DNA of 64,000 bases from contig OX597819.1 of the NCBI GenBank assembly GCA_951406725.2, positions 38,998,001-39,062,000 of the forward strand, in the 5' to 3' direction. Below the pieces are notes generated by a model, which searched no databases, had not been told where the DNA came from, and was given only the letters and a program-made list of their open reading frames with translations. The position numbers were made by a program, and so were the translations under genes. Position 1 is the first letter of the stretch; every line of letters begins with the position of its first letter. Shown in pieces: positions 52,699 to 64,000 of the stretch. Origin of the DNA: Octopus vulgaris. Taxonomy: Eukaryota.

Positions 52699-52736
52699 CC
52701 TTTCTGCCAAAGAGCATAGGTTTGAAACGTCAAAGG
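52699..52736 (+). ncRNA. Degenerate variant HHR (CUGUYGA family)
   Basis: CCUUU-CUGCCAA-A-GAGC-AUAG-GUUU-GAAACGU-C-AAAGG. Confidence 0.5.
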
Positions 52737-52894
52737 ATTTTCCATTCTTTCCAAGCATCAAACCAATAGACCTGCTTATTGTTACCTCACCTGTCTTTGT
52801 CTTTTCTGTACAATTGAACCATATATATATATATAGCTTGCTAAGTACACACATGTATGTATATACATATATATATATAAATATATATAATAAT

Positions 52895-53048
52895 AATAAT
52901 AATAATTGTGTACAGTGCTCAGGTGCACTACAACTCATCTAAAGTGTATATATAATCAGGTGTAGTTTCGACGGATTTCGGGAAGCATGAGGGCCTTAAA
53001 GGATGCAGTGTCATGGCAGTCAACAACTGATGCAGGCAGTTTATTCCA
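52895..53048 (-). mobile_element. CR1/L2-type LINE 3' end
   Basis: WNKLPASVVDCHDTASFK..* followed by an (ATT)n tail. Confidence 0.75.
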
Positions 53049-53520
53049 CATACAGGTACAAAGAGAGAGAGAGACATACACACAGACATATATTTGTGAA
53101 TGTAGTTACTTATTTTTATTCATAACCATGCATGTTCACATAAATACAAATATCCATAAACATTTATATTTCATATTTGTTATGCAATTATTATACAAAT
53201 AAGCTAAAATAAAACAGATGTGAATTGGTGAAAACCTCCTATTTTCATACACTTTCACAGTTTATGGACACATACTTTCAAATACACACACAGATATTTC
53301 TATTTCCTTGCCAGGCTCGTTTATGTAAATTCCATTATACTTTCTTTAGAACCTGCATTGCATTATCAAATCAATTATTTTTATGTATACATTTGTATAA
53401 ATATACAGTATTAGCTTCAGTTTCCATTTACACACACACACATAATTTACGCATGTATGTGTGTGTGTTTGTATTTATGATATACATGTATATATGCATA
53501 TGTATATATAAATATATATG

Positions 53521-53551
<31 letters not shown>

Positions 53552-54319
53552 CGTGTATATATATTTATATATATATGTATGTATTTATGTGTGTGTGTAT
53601 ATATATGTATGTATGTATGTATGTACGTTTGTATGTGTGTATGAATGTTTGTATGTATGAATGTTTGTATGTATGTATGTATGTATGAATGTTTGTATGT
53701 ATGTAGGTATTTATGTATGTCTGTATGGATGAATGTATATATATATTTCCTCTGTAATTGTTTATTGTAGACATATTTTTTATATATATTGCATATTTCA
53801 AATTCATAAAAACATATGTATTTAATATATTTCATAAACATCATATGGGATATAAGACAGAAATCAATCACAACGTTACTCATGTTTACACTCAGCAAAA
53901 GTGTGTGACCAATAAAATAAAAAAACTATTTTCTTCCAACTCATTCAAATTTTTTACATGTTATTTATCCTTATAATCACTTCACAAAAATCAAATGTAC
54001 AAAAAAATATGTAAAATAAATATATAAAAATACATTCACAAAAAAATAAATGCTTTAACATAAACAGTATTAAGGCCAAATAATGAAATATAATCATCTT
54101 AGTTTCCATGCTAGCAGTTATTATTGTTATTATTATCATTATTGTTTTCTGTTATTTATTTATTTTGCATATAAACCCTCTGAAAGATTAAATCAAATAA
54201 TTCTTGCTGACTGACTTTTTTCTCCATGCCATTCATGCAAAAGATATTTTAATGGGAACAAAATGGTGCTTTGTATAATTGTATTTAAAATTTTATCTAA
54301 CCACCACCACTATCCTCCC

Positions 54320-54351
<32 letters not shown>

Positions 54352-54482
54352 CCATCATCATCTTTGTTGTCGTCGTCATCATCATCATCACCACCATCAT
54401 CATCATTAGTGTTATTTAATCTCTTATCTAAAGTTAAAGGTAAAATTAGGTTAATAGTTTGAATTGCAATGATTTTGTAAAA

Positions 54483-54641
54483 GAGTAGCTGTGTGGTAAG
54501 AAGCTTGCTTCACAACCACATGTCTCTGGGTTCAGTCCCCACTGCATGGCACCTTTGCCAAGTGTCTTCTACTATAGCCTTGGGACAACCAAAGCCTTGT
54601 GAATGGATTTGATAGACAAAAACTGAAAGAAGCCCATTGTG

Positions 54642-54700
<59 letters not shown>

Positions 54701-55186
54701 TTGAAATCAAATTCGATTACTGGCATCCATGCTAGTGGAGTGCTAAGAGTACCACACGAGCGTGATTGTTGCCAGAGCAACAAGCTGGCCTCCATGCCAA
54801 AGGCATGTAGAAAAGCCCCATTCGACCAAGATCGTTACCTAAGCCGCCTTACTGGCACTTGTGCTGGTGGCACGTGAAAAAAACATTCGAATGAGGTCAT
54901 TGCCAGTGCCGCTGAACTGGCTCCTGTGCAGGTGGCACATAAAAAGCACCATTGAGCGTGGCCACTGCCAGTACCGCCTGACTGGCCCTCATGCCGGTGG
55001 CATGTAAAAGCACAACTACATTCTTAGAGTGGTTGACGATAGGAAGGGTATCCAGCCATAGAAACTCTGCCAGAGCAGATTGGAGTCTGGTGTAGCCATC
55101 TGGTTTGCCAAGACCTCAGTCAAATCGTCCAACCCATGCTAGCATGGAAAGCGGACATTAAACGATGATGATGATGATGATAATGA

Positions 55187-55190
<4 letters not shown>
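54483..55190 (+). mobile_element. Family B head followed by a family D element
   Basis: B head at 54483-54640, then a D body with Nin-like domain and (GAT)n tail at 54700-55190. Confidence 0.75.
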
Positions 55191-55247
<57 letters not shown>

Positions 55248-55859
55248 TACATGTAACTAAATGGTTTGCAAAAGTGATCAATAGAATAAGTACCAGATTT
55301 GAATTTTAAAAAAGAGTACTGGTGTCAATTCATTTGACTACAAAAGATTCTTCAAGGTGGTGTGCCCCAGCATGGCTGCAGTCTAATGACTGGGACAAGT
55401 GAAAGATAAAAGATAAAAAGATTAGCAATCTGTAATGTACCCACTACCCATTTTGAAGTGAAAGAAAATTTAGTGGATTGTCAGAGTGACACATATTTTA
55501 AGGTCTAGAACATTCCATAACTTACTTCAGTCATTTGTCTGTAGCCATGCTAGAGCACCACCTTGAAGGGTTTTAGTCAAACAAATTGATCCCAGGACTT
55601 ATGTTTTAAGCCTAATACTTATTCTATCAGTCTCGTTTGCCAACCTGCTAGGCTACGAGGATGTAAATACACCAACACTGGTTGTCAAGCGGTGATGAGG
55701 GGACAAACACAGAGAAACACACACACACACACATAAATATAAAAAAAAAATAGACACTGAAGCCTGGTGCAGTCTTCTGCCTAGGCAGCTCCATCTCAAA
55801 CTGTCCAACCCATGACAGCATGGAAAGCAGACATGAAATGATGATGATATTACACTTAT

Positions 55860-56272
55860 AGGTGTAGGAGTGGCTGCGTGGTAAGTAGCTTGCTTACAAA
55901 CCACATGGTTCCGAGTTCAGTCCCACTGCGTGGCACCATGGGCAAGTGTCTCCTACTATAGCATAGGGCCGAGCAATGCCTTGTGAGTGGATTTGGTAAA
56001 CGGAAACTGAAAGAAGCCTGTCGTATATATATGTATATATATATGTATGTGTGTGTCTATGTTTGTGTGTCTGTGTTTGTCCCCCCCAACATCATTTGAC
56101 AACCGATGCTGGTGTGTTTAGGTCCCCGTAACTTAGCGGCTCGGCAAAAGAGACCGATAGAATAAGTACTAGGCTTACAAAGAATAAGTCCTGGAGTCGA
56201 TTTGCTCGACTAAAGGCAGTGCTCCAGCATGGCCACAGTCAAATGACTGAAATAAGTAAAAGATTAAAAGAG
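55860..56272 (+). mobile_element. SINE family B
   Basis: Full-length match to the family. Confidence 0.9.
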
Positions 56273-56732
56273 TATATATATACCATCATCATCATTCGTC
56301 CACTTTCCTATGGGCCAGGCGAATTTGTTGAGGTAGATTTTTTACAGCTGGATGCCCTTCATGTTGCTAATCTTTATGGTTTCCAAGCAAGGAAATATTT
56401 CTCAATGGCCAGACATATTTTTCATGGAAGATTACCTGTATGATGATGACGCTTGTTCACAAACATCATGTGATGTCAAGACAAGGGTACACACAAGTAC
56501 GCACGCACACACACACACACACACACATGCATACACATATATGTATATTTATATGTATACATATATACATATATACCCATAGCATCCATCACAAATAGAT
56601 GCTGCTTATTAGTTTTTCTGTTTTTGCATTCTGATTCTCTTTAGGTCCTCTCCTTCAAACACTCATACATCAAAACCAACAGGAGCGACCATCATGCGTG
56701 TGTATAGATATGTGTATGTGTGCATGTACACT

Positions 56733-56770
<38 letters not shown>

Positions 56771-57296
56771 TTTTGAATACACACACACATATGCACACAT
56801 GCAAGAATATATTATTTTGTAAAATTATACTGGAAATATTTTAAAATGTCCATCAACCTAGTGGCATATAATGTAAGACTCATTATTATTAATAATGAAT
56901 AAGCAACAATGCCAATGATGATGTTGATGATTAATTTTATCATTATTATTATTGTTGTTGTTGTTAAAGGTGCCGAGCTGGCAGAATTGTTAGCATGCTG
57001 GACGAGATTCTTAGCAGTATTTTGCCCGTTGCTACGTTCTGAGTTCTAATTCTGCCGAGGTCGACTTTGCCTTTCATCCTTTTAGGGTCGATAAATTAAG
57101 TACTACATTATTTACATTTGACAAATATTTGACCTCATCTTGTTTGTTGTTAACACATCATTTCAGCTGATATACCCTCCAGCCTTCATAAGGTGTCTTG
57201 GGGAAATTTCGAACCTGGGTTCTCATTCCTAAGGTATTTTTCGATGTTATTATTAATATTATTAATATTATTATTATTAATATTATTATTATTATT

Positions 57297-57851
57297 GAGT
57301 GAGAGAGCAGTGCATGCCATCAAAGTGACACTGGGGTAAAATATACGAAGCCCAGTATACCCATTATGGCTACCCGTCTGATAAGGGTACACCAGGTACA
57401 TGCATCACAACCATATGTGCCCGACATGGTGATCTCATATCAAGATAAACAGCACATGACCTTGCAGGTGAGGCCCAGTTAGAATGTTCTTCTGGTCGAG
57501 TAACCCATCCCGCTCAAAAGGTCCCTGAATAAGGGCTGTTTAAGGATGTTGAACGAAACATCCATGTTTCCAAAGGCGACTTATTCAAACCCCAAAGAAT
57601 CCCCCTCAACACATGGCTTTGGTGCTCGCCAACTACTTCTGCTCATGATCAGAGATGCACATATCGTCAGCCACTAAGGGACATGCTCAACTGGTTAAGG
57701 TCAAACAACTGACAAGCAAATCTGTGGTGTTGAGCAGAATATTTGCTGTAGCCCATCTTTTATACCAAGACAAAACAATGTACATGATAATACTTCCAAT
57801 CAGTTAAGATCAGAAGCTACAAGAGCCACTGCCTGGTACTGCATCAGGGCA
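57297..57851 (-). mobile_element. Non-autonomous retroelement embedded in (TAA)n (possibly Dong/R4-mobilised)
   Basis: Flanked by (ATT)n on both sides. A fragment of the same family lies at 59570-59750. Confidence 0.55.
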
Positions 57852-57900
57852 TTTATTATTGTTGTTGCTGTTATTATTATTATTCGATTCCAGACAGTGA

Positions 57901-57963
<63 letters not shown>

Positions 57964-58017
57964 CAACAACATCGAAAATACCTTACGAATGAGAACGCAG
58001 GTTCGAAATTTCCACAA

Positions 58018-58063
58018 AACACCTGATGAAGACTGGAGGGTATATCAGCTGAAACATTGTGTT
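58018..58063 (+). ncRNA. Hammerhead ribozyme (tRNA-headed family)
   Basis: AACAC-CUGAUGA-A-GACUG-GAGGGUAUAU-CAGCU-GAAACAU-U-GUGUU. Sister copies at 51561-51606 and 57152-57197 (-). Confidence 0.7.
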
Positions 58064-59354
58064 AACAATAAACAAGATGAGGACAAATATCCATCAAATG
58101 TAAATAATGTAGATAATGTACATAATTCCTCATCTCTCAGATATAGAAATTAACTACTAGTTGCATACTGGGGTCGATGTTATCGACTGGCTCCCTCCCA
58201 CCAAATTTCAGGCCTCGTGCCTATGGTAGAAAGGGGTGTTGTTGTTAGTAGTAGTAGTAGTAATATAGATGTTAGAGTATTAGAATAAATATGTAGCAAT
58301 ATTTCTTCTAATTCTTTATGTTCCTGTCTTCAAATCCAGCCATGGCCAGCACTGCCTTTCCTCTTTTCAAAGCTGGGAAAATAAAATCAAGTATTGGGGT
58401 GGTCAATGTTACCATCTACATTACGTATCTTGAAAAGTGTTGGTCTTGTGTCTAAATCAAAAACTATTATTATTGTTTCTTGAATTTCTATTTCTTTTTG
58501 CCCAAGTCAACTTCACCTTTCACCCCTTACAAGTCAGATAAAATAAGTACCAGATAAAGTAATGCACTTACTAAACTGAACTGTAGCTTTTGGTGAGGCA
58601 CAGTTCAATGACCAAACTCAATAAAAAACAAAACTTAAAAACGCAAGAACTAGGATTGAACTCACAGATTTTGTTTCTATTGACATATTTTTATCTTTCT
58701 GGCCCACTCTGCTACAGTTTCACAACTGAAGCATCGATAGCACAACAAACAACAGTCAGATACATTAGTCATATAAACAGAATATTAATATTGTAATAGA
58801 ATATTAAATATTGTAATTAGTGTCACCTCGACATGACATTCTTCAGATCAGATAACATTTAAGTAGTTTATCCATTTACATACTGACCCCAAAATTTATA
58901 TAAATGTGAGAATTTTATGAAACTAAAATAAGAAAAAAAATAGTAAAAGTTCACTTGTCTATAAAGTAAAAGAACTACAGGTCATCATCACCACCACCAC
59001 CACCACTACCATCACCATCATCATCATCATCATCCATCTTTCATGCTAGCATGGGTGAGACAATATATAAATAAAAAAGTTAGATAACCAAAATTAAATA
59101 TTCTATGTTGCTGCTTGATTTTTTAATGCAGCAGATTACATACATAATTTGTACTTTTATTTTTGTTTGTTTGTGTGTCTTTGGTTAGTTTTTATTTCCT
59201 ATTTGCTTCTATCTAGAAATCAAAGGAAATGACTACTATTCCCTTCAAACTTTGCTTTTGTGACCTGGATATCAATGTTTTGAAACTAAACTGTTTTCCA
59301 TTACATTTCAGACAGATTCAGTGCTGAGTTGCTGAAGCAGAAATATTCTTTTCT

Positions 59355-59560
59355 ACTCTAGGCACAAGGCCCGAAATTTTTGGAGAGGTGGGGCCAATTG
59401 GTTAGATCAAACCCAGTACACAACTGGTACTTAATTTATCAATCCCGAAAGGATGAAAAGAAAAGTTGACCTCAACAAAATCTAAACTCAAAACATAAAG
59501 ACAGACAAAATACCACTAACCATTTTGCCTGGCATGCTAATGTTTCTGCCAGTTTGCCGT
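59355..59560 (-). mobile_element. SINE family A variant
   Basis: CCCGAAAGGATGAAAAG plus a head remnant. Confidence 0.75.
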
Positions 59561-59971
59561 CTTGCTGAAGCAGAAATATTGTTATAGTGAATATCCTTCT
59601 AGTGACCATAGATTTGCTTGTCAGTTGCTTGACTTTAACCATTTGAGCATGTCCCTTAGTGGCTGACAATGCATGCATCTCTGATCATAAGCAGTAGTAG
59701 TGGGGGAGCCTCACAGTCAAGTGTTGAGAGGGATTCTTTGGTGTTTGGATAAATGTAACAAAAGCAATGTTGAAAGGAAATATTAGCCATTTTTCATATT
59801 TAAGCAAAAAGGAAATAACAATTACTAACCAAGGACAAAAACCGTATTACACAATGTAATACATTCTAGAACAGACCTATTTGCATCACTTTAACAGGGA
59901 ACTAGTTTTTCCACAAACAGAAAATGTGATGGCTCAGACTACATTCACTGTTCAAAATCTGAAATTCAATC

Positions 59972-60420
59972 CTAACCCACATGGTTCTTGGTTTCAAGCA
60001 TTTGTCTTATGAAGAAAGGCTGAAGACGCTCGACCGTTATTCTCTCAAAAAACGATGACGCCGTGGTGATCTCATTCTTGCTCACAACATCATAAGCGGA
60101 AAGTGTAACCTCTCGAAAGAACTGTTCTTCACTCCTGCTCCAGATCGAGGGCTGCGGGGTCACTCCGAAAAGCTCTATCTACGATGATTTCATCTCAGTC
60201 AAAGGAGAGGGGCTTTCTCCGTCCGGGTTGCGGATCCGTGGAATAAGCTGCCGGACAAGATAGTGAAGAGAAGCCAATGACCGCTCGGTTCAAAGTCTCT
60301 CTTGACCAGAAATGGCCTGAACTCTTTGTATGACCACCCTCCCTGTACATAACTCTCTGTCCCCCTACATGGCCTTGCTTTTGCTTTTTGAGCCAATAAA
60401 AATTAAATTGAAAAAATTAA
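59972..60420 (+). mobile_element. CR1-clade LINE 3' end
   Basis: HLSYEERLKTL..RRGDLI..LRGHSEKL..FSVRVADPWNKLP, with stops and an AATAAA tail. Confidence 0.9.
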
Positions 60421-61190
60421 ATACATTAGGCCAGATCTGGCCAGTTTGAACATAAAACAAAAAGATTATGACCGGATGCAGCCAGTTTAAATGCTATACT
60501 CGATAAGACAAAAACCATGTTTTTCCAAAAATTTCGGTTGAACTTTTCCACAATGTAATGAGATTGTTAATTCTCAAACGGTGTCAAAAATTTAACGTTC
60601 AACGCAAAATGACACTGCCAAAGCTACATATCATTAGCTTCTTTCAAATATATATATTTGCTTAAAGAGAATTCATTAAGTTACACAGCAACAACATGTT
60701 CAACAAAAGTCAGACTGAGTCATTTACTGACAATGTTCAGCAGCTATAAAGAGAATTACTGTCTGATGTTAAGTTTCTCCATAGATGTCTCCCAAACATA
60801 TATCAATCAGAAGCAATTTAAATATGAATATATTTCTTCACTTAGTTTCTCTTTTCTTACATTTTTGTTCATCATGTAATTTATAGCCCTGCAAATTTAT
60901 TCATGAGTATGCTCATGTAAGGAATAATTGTATCAGTCCAAGTCAGCATACACACACACACACAAATACACATATATACATGCATACACACACATACACA
61001 AACACACATGCATACACATATATATATGTGTGCGTGTGTGTGTGTGTGTCTATGAATGAATGTCAATGTTTATCACATATGGCTGAGTGATGATAACATT
61101 TGTTTCCCAGTCATGAAGTGTTAGAGTTGATCGTGATGATTGCATGTATCTGTCTGTGTGTTCGTGTAGATATAAATATATGTATGAATG

Positions 61191-61227
<37 letters not shown>

Positions 61228-61264
61228 CACACACACACAACACCCAAATATACATATATGCTTT

Positions 61265-61333
<69 letters not shown>

Positions 61334-61960
61334 TGTATAATATAGTTATATACATCTGTATATGTGTGTATGTATGTATGTACGTGCGTGTGCATATATG
61401 TATGTATGCATACACATGCATTAGTCAAAGTTAAATTTCAGAATGAATTATACAATGAAAATTCATGTTACATTTTTAAGACTTTATCTCCTACCCTGCA
61501 GTTACAATACAAACTGTTCTACCAAAACAAATGTTAGCAAGTAATGAAAAAAAAGATGATATATAAATACATATACATATATATATATTATACATTATAC
61601 ATATAAGGATATTATAACACAAGGATGGAGAATAACAGTTTTAATAATAGATCGCAACATTTGTTTCTGCACATCACGCCAGCTTTGAGTCACTAAGTTC
61701 ATATGCATATACTATTATAGAAGACTGTTCTTTATAATTGTTATAATATATTTGATTATGTTTCAGCAACTGCCATGTATAGGTGGTTCATTGAGTAGGA
61801 AGGACATACTGCCATAAATGCCACGCCAAAACAGACACATTAACCTGGTGTAGTCTTCTACCTGGCACCTGTCAAACTGTTCAACCCATACTAGCATGGA
61901 AAGCGGACGTTAAATGATAATTATGATGATGACCATTATATATATATATATATATATATA

Positions 61961-62118
61961 TCATCATCATCATCATTTAGCGTCCGTTTTCCATGCTAGC
62001 ATGGGTTGGACGGTTCAACTGGGGTCTGGGGAGCCCGAAGGCTGCACCAGGCCAGTCAGATCTGGCAGTGTTTCTACAGCTGGATGCCCTTCCTAATGCC
62101 AACCACTCCGAGAGTGTA
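61961..62118 (-). mobile_element. SINE family D 3' part
   Basis: Matches 18168. Confidence 0.85.
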
Positions 62119-62999
<881 letters not shown>

Positions 63000-63044
63000 C
63001 ACTCACACATATATATATATATATACACACACACATATGTGTGA

Positions 63045-63376
63045 AGGCGCATGGCACAGTGGTTAGGGTGTCGAGCTTACAATTGTGAGGTTGTGAGTTC
63101 GAATCCCAGACCAGGCTGCGTGTTGTGTTCTTGAGCAAGACACTATATTCACGTTGCTCCAGTTCACTCAGCTGTAGAAATGAGTTGCGACGTCACAGGT
63201 GCCAAGCTGTATCGGCCATTGCCCTTCCCTTGGATAACACTGGTGGCGTGGAGAAGGGAGGCCGACATGCGTGGGTGACTGCTGGTCTTTCATAAACAAC
63301 CTTGCCTGGACTCATGCCCAGGAGGGTAACTTTCTAGGTGCAATCACATGGTCAGTCATGACTAGAGTGGGGTCTC
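63045..63376 (+). mobile_element. SINE family C, full length
   Basis: A and B boxes present. Matches 3588-3910. Confidence 0.9.
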
Positions 63377-63847
63377 AGATATATATGCATACATTTGCAT
63401 ACATATTACATATACACACACATATCATTCACTTAAGACACACCAAAAACTAATACAGCAAAACTCAGATGTATTGCTTTAGGTTCTAGAGAATCCATTA
63501 GAATAACTATATTAATATGTATCAAACGGCATAAGATAGAGTAATGAATTAGTGACAGGCATTAGTAGAAGAGAAAGGAATAAAGGTACAAGAACAAATG
63601 TATACAAAAATATAATTATAATAGATTGAGAAGTAGGTAGGAAAGCAATGAAAAGAACAGTAAAAGATAACAATAAAAGGGTAGTTCAAGAAGTGGATGT
63701 AATTATAAATAATTGGACAAAGAAAGTCAGAAAGACAAGTAAATGGAAAACGAGTCATTTATCATTTCCATCTTAATGATAGCTGTTGGTATGTATTTCA
63801 CAGTTGGTTAATGGAGTCTGTTGCAAGATCTAGAAAGAATTCAGTTA

Positions 63848-64000
63848 TACCTATTTCTTTACTACCCACAAGGGGCTAAACACAGAGGGAACAAATAAGG
63901 ACAGACAAACGGATTAAGTCGATTACATCGACCCCAGTGCGTAACTGGTACTTAATTTATCGACTCCAAAAGGATGAAAGGCAAAGTCAACCTTGGCGGA
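63848..64000 (-). mobile_element. SINE family A, cut by the window edge
   Basis: Matches family A. Confidence 0.9.

Larger units (their letters stand above)
56968..58233 (+). mobile_element. Nested insertion: family A SINE split by inverted HHR cassettes and a (TAA)n-embedded element
   Basis: SINE halves at 56968-57104 and 58151-58233, with an AATTAA(G/C)TACTA duplication. Confidence 0.75.

Noticed and set aside
63045-63115. tRNA genes at A/B-box sites
   Set aside because: These are SINE heads with no acceptor stem closure, and they continue into SINE bodies.

Overview
AT-rich, microsatellite-dense eukaryotic intergenic or intronic DNA. The repeat content suggests a cephalopod, probably Octopus (inference). 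No host protein-coding gene is well supported, and almost all listed ORFs are microsatellite or SINE artefacts. The window is a mosaic of tRNA-derived SINE families (Meta-, CORE/V- and Nin-domain-like), decayed mariner/Tc1/maT transposons, piggyBac-like MITEs, non-autonomous Helitrons, RTE and CR1 LINE 3' ends, and Penelope-like element (PLE) RT and GIY-YIG remnants. The main discovery is about 20 small type-I hammerhead ribozyme (HHR) motifs from several unrelated sequence families. They show covarying stems and palindromic stem III, and include a non-canonical core variant. One family fuses a tRNA-like Pol III head to the HHR, and another forms a 351-bp HHR monomer with direct and inverted partial copies. 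Together they look like a population of non-autonomous PLE/retrozyme-like elements, mostly embedded in (TA)n. Coordinates were read by eye and element ends are approximate.
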